Below, piece after piece: positions 11,575 through 24,092 of a stretch of 64,000 nucleotides of DNA; the stretch's first letter is position 1, and every line of letters starts with the position of its first letter. Where the stretch lies: assembly GCF_009834535.1 (NCBI RefSeq), contig NC_045699.1, positions 59,024,001-59,088,000 on the forward strand, written 5' to 3'. This stretch comes from Camelus ferus (lineage: Eukaryota). Position numbers and translations under genes: made by a program. The notes beneath the pieces were generated by a model. It saw nothing but the letters and a program-made list of their open reading frames with translations. It was not told the DNA's origin and searched no databases.

Positions 11575-12180
11575 AGTTTCCTCTTCATTCATCATTCAGA
11601 CTGGTCTTTCTAAAATGTGAATTAGATCATGCCACTCCCTACTTTTACATATAAGCTACGTGTAGTCTACAGGACCTCCCATGATCTGGCCCTTGCCTAT
11701 TTGTCCAACTGCCTCTCTTACTGCTCTTCCCTTCATTTGTGACTCTTGCCACACAGGTTTCTTTTAGGGCCCCTATGGACCAAGCCCTTTTTTCCTCCTT
11801 AGGTCTTCTACATACCTCGAGACTGAACCCAGACTGCTTTACACCCACTCTGTGTCATTCTTCCTCTCTCTCCATACCTTCACGAAGGTCTCCCGTGATT
11901 ACTGCAGTCTTGAAAAGCCCATTACTCTCTCCTACGTTATCTGTCCACTTTCCTTCCAGAACTTACTGGATCTGTAGTTGATACCTATTTGCTTACTTGT
12001 TTATGGGTTGCTGCGCCCACGATCTGCACGCTGCGCGAGGACAGGTACCGCACCGAAACTGCTCGCCCTTGGATGGCCAGTGTCTGGTATTTACAATGTG
12101 CTGGTAACCAGAGGCCATCCAATGACTGCCCACCGAATGAACAGATGCAGTAATGAATGAACATGCGACTCAGTGATTGA
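11575..12180 (+). mobile_element. L2 fragment including 3-prime tail
   Basis: TCTTTCTAAAATGTGAATTAGATCATGCCACTCC, CCCATGATCTGGCCCTTGCCTA, tail GAATGAACAGATG..GAATGAA. Confidence 0.8.
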
Positions 12181-12779
12181 ACATGAGGGAATGCACTTTG
12201 TGGGGCTCTGTGTAAACAAGGCACATTTACTGTCTGGTGGATGATGGTTTGTCCACTCTTTAAAGTATTTACTGGGAACCTAGGATGTGTCAAGAACTCA
12301 GTGAGGTGCAGGTGACTGTGTTGACTGTATGTGTATCATCCAAAACAAAGCATCTGAAGAAATGGAAAGGCCCAGTTGCCATTAAGGTCACTGCGACCCC
12401 TGATTCCATCCCAGGATGTTTTTAATCTCATTGTCATCATAAAGCCCATTATGTGACTCTAGGTTGCAGCACATGGGTTGTGGTCACTGTAACGGAACTG
12501 CCCTGCAGAGCGGTGCTGAGCAATCTCTCTCTCGCTCCTCCTCATTCCCTGCCTACAGGCATATTTGTATAATTGTTATTATTGCTAGTCCAGGAGTACT
12601 TCATACATGCTGAACATATATAGAAAATTCAGAAAACCAGAAGGAACAAAAATAGGGAGGGAGGAGTCTTCCTGCGTTCCACCGCCCCAAAATTAGTGCA
12701 GGTAATATTGTGTCATGTTAAGATTATTTGAATAGCACTGAGATGCTCCTAGAGATACAGTTTTGAATGACTTTTTCAG

Positions 12780-12960
12780 TTAACATTTTAGCTAACACAT
12801 TTTCCATGAAATTTAATAATTCTTGTGAATATTTTTGTAATACCCACTTACCATTCCACTGAGCAGATTAATTTTAGGCCATTTAATCATTCTCCTGTCA
12901 CTGAATATTAGTGTGCTTGCGAAATTTCTACCTATGTGTCTGGTTTCATATTTGCAGTGA
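12780..12960 (-). mobile_element. Degraded L1ME-class fragment
   Basis: CCATTTAATCATTCTCCTGTCACTGAATATT resembles the antisense L1ME 3-prime region. Confidence 0.45.
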
Positions 12961-14266
12961 TAAAGGTGGGGATGCAGAATCTGCAGTTTGAGAGTCTAGA
13001 CTAGGTTAATCATGAGTCTTAGCAACATGTCAGAGTGGCTGGTATTCATCTATCCACCCGTTAAACTATGTACGCTGGCCACTGTATAAGCCGAGAAGCA
13101 GGGGCGTGAACTGTTCAGATTTGGTTTGGGGCTGAGCTCCCTGTCAGCCGGGTGGAGGGTGAGTGGGGAGCACCAGCAGACTGTGGTGTTCACACACACA
13201 TTCTGCCTCCCCACGTGAACCCAGGGGCTGCAGAGCTTCCCTGCGAAGGAACAGTCCTAAGGCTTGAGATAGGATTCCTCCATCATGTCTTCCAGGTAGC
13301 CAAAGAGTAGCGATTCCTTTAGGAAAGAGGTATTGGCAGGAGCACTGCATTTTGAGAAATAATGGGTTGGGTTGGGACATTTCTGGACATTTTCCCTTCC
13401 CAGTCTTGCTACAAGAGTTGCTCAGATTTGCAGCATTTCAGGCTCACTCTGGTACACAAGGAGAGGGCTTATCTTTCTCCCTTCCCTGCAACTGCCTCCT
13501 GAACAGAGGCCAAGTCTGGAGGACAAGTAGGATCCCAGAGGCCGTGTGGCTAAAGGCAGATTGAATCCAGATACACAGGACACTACATGGTAGGGGGAGC
13601 CACCGTAGTGTTCCACTTCTGGGGCTGGTCCACTTGAGGGGTTAGCTTGCCCCTTGGAAAACTGCTAAAATGAATTAGATGGCATGGTAAGGAGACTGCT
13701 TTAGACTGTTCAGTCAGAGAGTGACTCATCCATCTTCAGAATGTCTGGGCAGGAAGGTTCTTTTGGCATCGTCTAGTTCAGCCCAGTCATCTTCAGCTGA
13801 GGGAACTGAGCCATGCCCCCTTCCTCTTTAATACCTAGGGTGCAGGATGGTTCCTGCACATGGTAGGTACCTGACAGATACTGTTAAAAGAATACAATTT
13901 GAGGTTGGATGGGACTAAAGACTTTCTCACAAGCACGTATCAAATCTTCAGTGGAACTTTCGATGACTGATAAAATGAAGATTAATGCATGTAGTAAGTC
14001 TTCGACCTGTTGATGCTGGGCTGGTTAAAATGAAAGAAGTGTATCCACCACCAGAACAGAAGCCACTGAGGCCCAAACAAGGTCTTTGCTGGGCAGTAGG
14101 GAGGAATTTCACTTATGGTCATATTCTGGAGGCTCTGGCAAAGACAGGGAGGGGAGGATGGGGTAACACAGGTGTGTTGTAACCTCTGCCTTTGGCTTAG
14201 TGGAGTCAGGAGCTCAGTCAACTGTTCCTAAGTCGGTGCATCTTCCTTCTTTCCTTGGCCTCCTAG

Positions 14267-14388
14267 AGAATTGGGATCAGCATGTGACCTTTGCCTGGAG
14301 GGGAGAATCCTGGTGCAGTTTGCCTTCAATGCCTCCTCCCCGATGCCCTGTGGCCCATCGGGACACTGGAGTCCTCGCGAAGCAGAAG
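14267..14388 (+). CDS. PAPPA: Pappalysin-1 exon (exon 6 equivalent, 122 nt, phase 2-1); not in the supplied ORF track
   Basis: Acceptor ttccttggcctcctag|A, donor AAG|GTAAGC. Hand translation RELGSACDLCLEGRILVQFAFNASSPMPCGPSGHWSPREAEG bridges the flanking exons in frame. Confidence 0.97.
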
Positions 14389-14527
14389 GTAAGCCGGCCT
14401 GGAAGCTCTTTTGCAGGTTGAGTGTGCAAAGAACTCTTCTGATGTAGATGTACTTTTATAATTTCAATGGTCTTTTCCACATACTATCTTATTTGATCTT
14501 AAGATCACCCTGCAAGGTCAGTAGTCC

Positions 14528-14848
14528 TTTTTTTTTTTTTTTTGTCTTCTACCCCACCCCCCAGCTCTATGGCGATATAATTGACATATAACACTGTGTA
14601 AGTTGAAGGTGTACAACTTCAACTTGATGATTTGATACACGTATGTATTGCAAAGTGGTTAGCACAGTGAGGTTAGTTAACATATCCATCACCTCACAAT
14701 TTTTTTTTTTTGATGAGACCATTTAAGATCTCTTTTCTAAGCAATTCTCAAGTGTATAGCACAGCATTGTTAACTATGATCACCATGCCGTATGTTAAAA
14801 CTCCAGAATTTATTCACTGTATAACTAGAAGTTTGTACCCTTTCCCCT
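14528..14848 (-). mobile_element. L1 3-prime end, L1MA9/10-like
   Basis: Poly-T start, then AACACTGTGTAAGTT..GGTGTACAAC, GTTAGTTAACATATCCATCACCTCACA and GAAGTTTGTACCCTTT, typical of antisense L1MA 3-prime UTR. Confidence 0.8.
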
Positions 14849-16396
14849 TCGTCAGGGCCAGTATTCATGCATTCATTCAACACAAGTCTTTTGAGCACCT
14901 GCACTGTTCTGGGTGTGCTATCCCACTTTGCATATGAAGAAACAAAATCCCTGAGACACTAAGTAAGTGCCCAAGGCCACACACCTGATATAACACAGTA
15001 TGTGTGTGTTTTATGTACACCCGAGCCTCTGACAGCCTGTGGGTACAAACGAGGTCACATTAGAATCAGTACACATATTTGGTGGCCTCAAGGCATCACT
15101 AGCCTTTGATTCTTCTTCCGTTAACTCTGGGAATACCCAGGGCATTCCCATACGTGTCACAACTATTCCGCTCAGTTTCCTGTCATGTAACCTCTTTTTG
15201 GAGATACATTTATCAGCAAAACACTTGAAGGAAGTGTCTCACGATTGCCAGTGTTGTGGGCTCCACCCATGACCAGACCTTCCCAGGGGGCCAGTAATCT
15301 CTGTGCTCCCTAATAGTACCATTCGCTGCCACATCCACCAGGTTTTCTATAGAAATGAAGGAAGTGCCTTTCACCCAGTGTTTTCTTGCAGTGTCACTTG
15401 GCCCTGAAGCAAGGCAGCTTAGAGAATCTCGTGGAAAATTGCCTATTCTGTTTCCTTCTGCAACGTCTCTTTCTTTGGGGCTCAGGTCAAGCCCCTGAAG
15501 GCAGGCTGACGGAGACCCCATATTCTCCTCTCGCCCTCCCTTGTCCTCAGAGACTTCCGCTTGGAAACCCCCTGTCAGTCTCTCGTGCTTTTGTGCACAC
15601 AGGCCAGCTCATGCCAACTGTCTTTGGGTGGGGACCCCAGTCCAGCACAGAGAGCGGAGTCTGACTCCTCACTAAGGTTCAGCGAGAACGCCTCCATTTT
15701 CCTTTATATGTTTAGAAAGAAGGTTAACAAAGAAAAAGTCAGAGATAGAATAAAGCCAGGGAGAGGGATCAGAGAGGGAAGTGAGGGAGAAAAAAGACCT
15801 CACTGTACTCTGTTATCTTCCAAAGTAGCTTAAAATAAAAATGAGAGTCAGACTCGGGAACTCTAAACAAATCCATCTGGAATGTAAAACGCGAGGGATG
15901 TCTGGGAGAAGCCCTCCGTTCAGCCTCACAGAGTCCCAGGCTGTCAGACTTGGAAGGGATGCCTGGTTCCCACCCAGCGCGGGAATCCCCTCTGTGCCCT
16001 CCCTGCCTGAGGCTCTCCTAACACCAGCCTGTGGATTTCCTTGGCCTTCCTCCTGTGGCTCCATTTGTTGGAAAGTTCTCCCTGAAATCCTGCTGGGTCC
16101 TTACAGAAGAAGGACTGCACCTCTTCCACCTGACTGTGCTTGTGTGTGTGCACCGGTCTCATCTCTGCCCGTGCTAGGCACGCGGACAAGGCAGAGCTGA
16201 CCCTCTAATGGGGAGTCAGGTCAGCAAGCGGGCGGTGACCCTCGGATGTGTGGAGGCTCATGTTAGTTAGAAGTACAAAGCATGGTAAGAAGGGGACCCC
16301 ACTATGAACGGAGACTCATGGCCCCCCCGCCCCAGGAAAAGTCACCACACCAGGGAGCAAGGTACATTTGAGAAGGTGAGAGAAGTTTGACATATG

Positions 16397-16668
16397 TAGA
16401 GGTTTTCTCAGTGTGAGCTGGCGGCTTACGGGGTTCCTGAGGCTTTTCAGCGTGTCCTCAAAGTCCAAAGTTATTTTTACAATAATACTATGACGTTGTT
16501 TACCTTTGTCACTCTCATCCTCTCTTGAGCGTACAGTGGGACCTTCCAGAGGCTGCATGGCATGCGGTGTTGTCCTGCTCTGGGTTCTTGTGTTTTAAAG
16601 TTTCTCAGTTCTAACTCACAATATGGTAACGGCTGATAGATACAACCCCCATAAACAAGAGCTCTTCA
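16397..16668 (+). mobile_element. Charlie1-family non-autonomous hAT element
   Basis: TTTTTACAATAATACTATGACGTT..TCACTCTCAT..GTACAGTGG..TTCCAGAGGCT..GATAGATACAACCCCCATAAACAAGAGCTC matches recalled Charlie1-type ends. Confidence 0.7.
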
Positions 16669-16699
16669 GTAACAGGAGAAGAACTTCAGTGGGTTTGGA

Positions 16700-17045
16700 G
16701 TGCAAAGAGAAAGGTGTGGCCTAGGGAGTGTGGACTGGGGTGAGACGTCTAATGAGCAGCTGGAGATGGGTTTGGATTTATACTGACGGCAGTGAGGGGA
16801 TGCCACGTGTCTTGGCAGGGGGCTGAGACACGGTCAGATGTGCCTGTTATAAAGATTGCCTGAGCTGCTCTGTGGCAAAGAGACTGGGGGAGGAGTTCAC
16901 TGGAGGAGAGGGAGCATCCAGGTGGCTATTACGTGATTCCAGGAGAGGGATGGTGGTGGCCTACGTGAGGTCCCTGGCAATGACAGTAGAGAAAAGTCGA
17001 TGGAATTGAGAGCTATTTGGGAGGTACATGTAGCAAGACTCTTCC
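16700..17045 (-). mobile_element. L2 fragment, antisense
   Basis: GGTCAGATGTGCCTGTTATAAAGATTG, GGTGGCTATTACGTGATTCCAGGAGAGGGATGGTGGTGGCCT. Confidence 0.75.
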
Positions 17046-18609
17046 CTGAGACTTTTCTGGCTAAAATCATCTTGGTGTGTTCTACCACTTGAAGGAATGA
17101 AACAGTTTCCTAACGTCTTCCCACACCTCCGTCCAACCAAACTGTCAATTGGCTGAGTGTGTTCCTGGTACGTCCCTGAGCCCCTTAACACATGACGTGC
17201 AGGACAGAGTTCCACCGGAAGCACTGAGCCCCCTGGTTCCCCGAGCTGACTCAGGCCTCCGAGGAAGCCCAGCAGCCCCGGGTTTTCCTTCAGGAGATGC
17301 AAATTTAGTACATGCAGGCCAGGAAAAGACACTGGTCTTTTTTTAGATCATCCTATTGCAGGCTCTGTGATCCATTTGGCTCAGACCCTTTTAATATTCT
17401 TGAAGAAATAAACTTTTCCATGAGCCAAACTCTACAATTTATTTCTCAACTCATTTTCATCCTATTTATCTTTGTGTGTTTAAGTTTTTGGACTTCCCAA
17501 ACTAACATAAAATTCCCCAATCCATGAGCAGTGCCAGACGTATCTTTGGGGTTGGGGAAAGAGCGTGGGGGTGGGGAGGATGACAAGGTTGGGATCTTGG
17601 TCTGAACCCAGTCATCAGTGTACTCTGCCCTTGAGTGAGTCACTTTGCTTCTCTGAAGATAGCATCTTACCCACAGAACAAACGTCCTTTCCAGCTCTAA
17701 TAGTCCACAGAGCTGCAACCTTATTATTTTAACGCCGTATTAACAAGGTAGAAGATTCTTCATTGGACAGATATTTATTGCAAGCCCACTATGTTCCATT
17801 AACTCCATTTCATGGACTTCAGGTGAATATAGTCACAGAAATTCTTGCCTTTGGCCACAGAAAGTGGTTGTACTCAGAAGAAACTATATTTTCCCATCTC
17901 TTGAGCAAAAGCTGTATTTCACAGATGAATATTTTCTGAGGCATCTGATACCATGGTACACTTGTAGCTCAGGAATTAGAAAGCTTGATCTGATCAATTC
18001 AAATCTCTGTTAAGATCACTTATGCGGGCATAAAATACACTGCAACTGCTGGGTTTTCCATGAGCGATTAACAGATGGCACTCACTGTTTTCTTTTCTTC
18101 TTACTCGTGTGAGTGTTTTCCCCATGTTTCTGCCCAAATATTTCAGGTATGCTGAAGTATCCATCTGGAAAAAACTTGGCACCAAGTTTTTATAGCTATA
18201 TTTGTGTCAACAGCTGCAGTGTATATACACAAAGATATGTGAGAGATGTCTGTACAGATTGTCATAAACGTACATTTAAATCAGAATACATATGTGTAAA
18301 AATATTCACACACGTATATGGCCTCATTTCTAGCGGATAGCTTATACGAACACGTAACTTCATTTGGTCACCATGTATACAAAAATATATCAGAAATGAA
18401 GCATCAGTACTTTTGTACCTTCCTTCCTCCTCCCCTCCCCTCCCCTCCCCTTCCCCCTTCTCCCAGACTTAGCACCACACATCCAGTTTCCCAGCTGTGT
18501 CCATTTTTCCTCCGTATGGACTCTGATTTGTCTTCATCTCCTCTGATGTTCCCTTTATACAAGTGATAGGTGTGTGTTGTCTGCATTAGTACAGCAGTTT
18601 CTTAACTGA

Positions 18610-18780
18610 TTTCACTAGACTAGAAGCTCTTCAAGGGCAGAGACCCTGTCTGCAAAACCTTTTTTTCCAGGGATGACATCCGAACACTAGATACAGACCA
18701 GGCAGTCAATATTTATTCTTTGAATGGCTGGTTGGACGGATGGATGGATAGATGGATGGATAGATGGATGGATGGATATA
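18610..18780 (+). mobile_element. L2 3-prime end with (GGAT)n/(AGAT) tail expansion
   Basis: CTAGACTAGAAGCTCTTCAAGGGCAGAGACC then GGATGGATGGATAGATGG at about 18735-18777. Confidence 0.75.
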
Positions 18781-18859
18781 TCTGTGACTCTAAACATTGT
18801 TTTTTCTGGAGGACAACTTTCATTTGCTTCCTTAAAATTTTTCCGTATCTCCCCCCATC

Positions 18860-19080
18860 TCTCAGCATAAAGTTTAGTTTCCTTAAAGTGACATACAAGA
18901 CCCTTCCTAATCTGGGTTCTGCTTAGCTCGTCAGCCTCACCATTTGCTGCTTTCCCATTGCGCTCAAACCCACAGTCATCTTATTTCATAATCTCTCAAC
19001 TGTTCTCTTTGCTTGGAATACCTCCTTCTCCCAAGCTTTTTCTTGTTAATTCTTCCTTATGTTTCAGAACAGAGCTACTA
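18860..19080 (+). mobile_element. L2 fragment
   Basis: GACATACAAGACCCTTCCTAATCTGG..CTCTTTGCTTGGAATACCTCCTTC. Confidence 0.65.
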
Positions 19081-19264
19081 TATTTGTGAGCATCGATTAA
19101 ATATTCTGTCCCGTTTGAGGTTTATAGTACCCTGGTGGGATAGGCACCGTTACGGGAGGTGATACAATGAGCTGTATTTTATCTCATTGTTCATTCCTTC
19201 AAAGCTTGACATGCTCTCTCTGGACCAACAGTATCACATAGTATTCTACTCCCCACCAAGGAAT

Positions 19265-19410
19265 TACTTAACCATCAGAGGCTCAGTGTCCCCTTCCATA
19301 AAATGAGTTTAATAAAACCTACATCATAGACTTATTGCCAGGATGAAAAGAGCTGAGGCATGTAACGTGCTTGGCACAGCGCCCCGCGCGCAGAGGATGG
19401 TCAGTGCGTG
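19265..19410 (+). mobile_element. MIR 3-prime part
   Basis: GCTCAGTGTCCCCTTCCATAAAATGAG..GCATGTAACGTGCTTGGCACAG. Confidence 0.7.
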
Positions 19411-21677
19411 AAGCCCAGTATTATTAAAGGGATCCCTGCTTCGGGGGATGGGTTGGACTCAGTACCCCTTGAGGCACTTTTTTACATCAAACGTTTGTCT
19501 CTGATAACCAAGCAAGCACACAGTTTGCTAATATTTCTAGTCCTGTTCACTTACTTGAGCATAATGACCAGGCTCACTTTCCTGTCCTTTGGAAAAGCAT
19601 TTGGTTCCTCTGTTGACTAACAAGAAACCGGGGATGAAAGCATGAGCCAAACAGATTTGTCATCGTTGCTCTCCTGTGGCTTCCCACCACTGACAGTCAT
19701 TTTCTCCAAGGAGGAGAGAGCGATCCCTTGCCAGTTCCAGGAGAGCCCCGGGTGGGGGAGGGAGGGCGGTGGAATGTTCACCTGGCACTCGCCATCACAC
19801 AGCAGGCTCTAATACTCCATGGAGCCTTAATTTCTTTTTTTAACTCCGTATTAACAAGACAGAAGATTCTTCTCTTGGCAAATACGTATTGAACATCCAC
19901 TGTGTTCACTATTTATGGGCCAAGCACCGTGTTAAGCATTGAGTGAAGCAGAGCTGCAAAACAGAGACAAATGGTAACTATCTTACAGGATTTGGGTAAG
20001 AATCAGATAAATTAATGGCCAGGGGATGTGCTTCATAATCTATTAAAATGCTGGCCCCACTAAAGCTTATTGAAAGAATAAGTGATAGCAGTGCCAACAA
20101 CCCACAAAGTCAAGAGAATCGGGAACTCTTTGGGTTGGAGAGTGAACGGGAAGAAAGGTTTCAGCCTCGGTAGGAGTCTTAATTTGTGCCTTTGACTTAA
20201 ACTGCTGGTCTCTTCTAGCCAGCGTTTGCTACAAGCAATCAATGAACCTGGCCCAGGAGAGGTGGAGGGGATCATGGAGTTACGTCCATCTCTTCTTGTT
20301 CTGATGTGTTATGTCAAAAAAAATCCTTTGAATTTTCCTTGTTCTTGCCCACCCCACCTCCATCCCTACCCCTTACTTTCTTCTGTTTCCCTTCTGTTCT
20401 CCATCTCCACTGGGCATGTCTCTTCTCCCTTGGCTGGGCAGAGGCAGGGACATTGGAGGCATCAACAGCTTTAGCTGGAATGGCTTTCCCACCCAAATTG
20501 GCTTTCTAATTTTCATATTTTGGTGATTCCTGTTATGTTGTGACACTATTTGTTTTTCAAAGATTGAGTTTTCCTTTTGGCTTTAGAAATATATGGCATT
20601 TCCACCACCACCCCCCCCCCCCCCCACTGATGCTAAAGAAAGAAAGAAAGAGTGTGGCAAATAGGACAACCTGAGATCCTCCACCCTACCCTCACCAGCT
20701 GACGTGTATCTCTTGCTCGACACCCTTAAATAAATCAGAGCCAATCACTGCATTGAGTCCTGATTACTTTTCTCAGCAGTGCAGAGGAGAGCTCTCTGAG
20801 GGTCTAGGACTAATGATCTCAGCAGAGAAAAATTCAGAAGTCGCTGCAGGCTGAGATCAGTGGGGATGAGGCATCGTCTCCCTGGGGAAAGAGTGGAAGA
20901 ATCTCTCCTTCCCTCTCCCCCCTCCTCCCCCAACCCTCCCCTTCCTGAGTCAGACTGGACGGAGCTCAGAGCAGCTCAGTGGTATGGAATGACCTCATGT
21001 GGAGAAGGGGAGGAAGAGAGATAAGATGGCTCCAGGGCTGTCTTCCAGCTCTGTCATTCATGGTTCTAGACAGTTTCCTCCCAGAATCCTCAACCCAAGG
21101 GGCAGAAGCTATCCTTACTTACCTCCTCTTTGCTGGAAGTTTCTGATCCTTCTGCCATTCCAAGCGGGTTATACCAAAGTCGGAGAATAACGGGGAGCTA
21201 CAGGATGAGACGAAACTGCGCTCTACTGTTGACCTTTCACCTCAAGCTGTGAGACTTTGGTTAGTTCAGTCCACATTTCTGAGCCTTAGTTGTGTCACCT
21301 TAGAAATGAGTCCTTGAAAAAATTAAACAAGTTCAGAGGACATAGTTTTTAGCAAATGTGTGTCCCTTCTTTCTTTCCATCGGAGGCAGAAAAGCCTACA
21401 AGTGAAAGATAAGGAAGGAAAATTTGGGCGTCAGCTCAATCATAAGACACTTACTTGAATATATAGTTTTGGCCAAATGTCTGGTGATTTGTCGAGATCT
21501 GTATCACAGGAGTGGGGATGAGCTGGGTGCTGTGCATACAGCAGATTCACCAAGACACCGAGAACCTTCCTTCTCTTTTCCCCCCTTCTCTGCATTCTAG
21601 TCTGGCCAGTGTCTCCTGAGGTCTGCAGGAAACTCTGAAGACTTTCAGGAACTCACATTCTCACCTCTTTTCCACAG

Positions 21678-22176
21678 GTCATCCAGATGTCGAACAGCCC
21701 TGTAAGTCCAGTGTCCGCACCTGGAGCCCAAATTCAGCTGTCAACCCACACACAGTGCCCCCAGCCTGCCCTGAGCCTCAAGGCTGCTACCTTGAACTGG
21801 AATTCCGCTACCCCTTGGTCCCTGAGTCTTTGACCATCTGGGTGACCTTTGTCTCCACTGACTGGGACTCTAGTGGAGCTGTCAATGACATCAAATTGTT
21901 GACTGTCAGTGGGAAGAACATCTCCCTGGGCCCTCAGAACGTCTTCTGCGACGTCCCACTGACCATCAGACTGCGGGATGTGGGCGAGGAAGTGTATGGC
22001 CTCCAGATCTACACGTTGGATGAGCACCTGGAGATCGATGCCGCCATGTTGACCTCCGTTGCAGACAGCCCGCTCTGCCTGGCGTGTAAGCCCCTGCAGT
22101 ACAAGGTGGTTCGGGATCCTCCTCTCCAGGTGGATGTGGCCTCCATCCTACACTTCAGTAGAAGATTCACAGACAT
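21678..22176 (+). CDS. PAPPA: Pappalysin-1 exon (exon 7 equivalent, 499 nt, phase 1-2)
   Basis: Acceptor ctcttttccacag|G, donor CAT|GTAAGT. Encodes GHPDVEQPCKSSVRTWSPNSAVNPHTVPPACPEPQGCYLELEF...LHFSRRFTDM. Confidence 0.98.
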
Positions 22177-22899
22177 GTAAGTGTGCTTGCTGGGTAAGGG
22201 GACGATCAAGTGGGTGGGCTGTGGAGGGATGTCAGGAGGGTCAGAGAGGCCTGCACTGGAAGAAGGTTCATCACAGCCAGACTCACTTCAGGGGATTCGC
22301 AACCTGGCAGTGGGTGTAGAATTGTCTCAACAAGGTGGAGGAGATGTGGGAAGAGCAATGGGCAAAGAACCAGGGGTCCTGACTTTTGGCGGCAGCTCCA
22401 GCATGTTAACTCTAAGCCTCTCTGACCTCCCTGCAACTCAGCAGTAAAATGAAGGCAGTTGGATGAGATTAGCAATGAGAAAGTCATTTATTACTGGTGA
22501 AAGTACAAGAACTGCAGTTCGCTAATGATTTTCTTTTTATATTAAAGAGTATTCCTGCACAGTGATTGCGTTCTCAGTGGGTGAGGAGGGGGTGAAGTTA
22601 CAGCAGGTTGGCTGGGAATTGAGCATGTCCTTGGATGCTCGCATGAGAATGTGGCTGGAAGATGAACATAACCAGTAACAGCCTGTGCTCTGTTATCTGA
22701 GGTAGAAGAGAGGTGCCTACCCACTTGATCTTAGGAGCCCTTGCAGCTCGAGGTCTCCATCATTCTTTTTGGATACTCATTGCTTTTATGTGAGATAACA
22801 TTTGTCCTTAATATTCCTTTCTCAGGCCGCCTCTCTGTCACCTCTTCCTCAAACATCCTAATGATTTATGTTTTATGAGCAAGGCCACCTTATAATGAA

Positions 22900-23125
22900 G
22901 TCATTAGTGCTTTTCCTGTGTGCCAGACAACGGTCTGAGGTCTCTGCGTCTTTTACATCTTTCATCCTCTCCACAACCACAGCCCTATTCTCCTTCTCAT
23001 TTTACAAAGAAGGAAACCGTAGCTTAGAGATGTGAAGTCACTGTCCAAGATCACATAGTTAGGAAGTGGTGAGATCAGGATTGGAATTCATCCTGACTCC
23101 CAAGCCAGTGCACTTAACCACTGGG
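22900..23125 (-). mobile_element. MIR, near full length
   Basis: TGTGCCAGAC..CATTTTACAAAGAAGGAAAC..CCAAGATCACATAG..CACTTAACCACT. Confidence 0.85.
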
Positions 23126-24092
23126 TGGTTAAAGATGGATTCTGATCTCTGCTTTCATCTAACAGATGAGGGAGTCTTCTCCACACCTACCTTGGGTACC
23201 CAGAGTCTGTGAAGTCAGTCACCAAACGTTCGCTGGACATCTGCTTTGTACAAGTGACATCAGTAAAGAACACTTTGAATGTTGGAAAGAACAATAGCTC
23301 AGGAGTCAGACGCCTTGTGTCTAGCCCCAGCTGGTCCACATACTAAGTATTAGATACATCAGCCAGTCTCTTTGAGCTTCGATTTCCTCTTCTGTGTGAT
23401 GAAAATATTGAAGTCGATGGTTTCTATAGGCCTTTTGTGGCACTTTCTTTGGTTCTAAGCTGATATAAGATACAGCCTCTGCTCCGTCTACTTGAAAATA
23501 TTTGCTAAGCCAATTATTAATAGAAACCAAGTTCTGGAGGAAACTTTTAATCTTTTTAAGAGACAGAACCACTTTCAAACACTTTACCAGCACTTCCTTT
23601 TACAATGCCGGCAATTAACGTGCACATCGCAAGCAAACCCTCGCCCATTCCTTGACTCAGAGATGGAGAACATCTGTTTAAGAGCTCAGAGCGAGCACTT
23701 GGTTTGTGTTTGAGAATGTACTTAAAGGATCGTCTTGCCCTGAAAATATTCCATAACCCTGTCCCTTCCATCTCCTCGCTTGTCTAGAGTGGTAAAGTTC
23801 TATAAATATGCGTCCACTTAAAATTTCTGTATAAAACAATGAAGAGAAGAAATAATAGACATCTTAAAACCTCAGTTTAAACACAGCTTTCATTTTCTTG
23901 CCTTGAGTTAGGAGCCTGTGAGCGCTGACATGGGTTGATAAGTGTGGAATGGTGGAAATTAGACTGAAGAAGTAAGAAACACTTTGGGTTCTATTCTCAG
24001 CTAAGTCACTAGCCTGCTGCACGATCTTAGGCAAGTCACTTACCTTTTCCAGGCCTCAGAGATGTTAAATCTACAAGGAGGTTGTCCTAGGC

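Noticed and set aside
22174-22180. In-frame stop right after the exon 7 donor (also exons 5 and 8)
   Set aside because: Any phase-2 GTRA donor gives xxG-TRA automatically, so this is no evidence of a truncated isoform.
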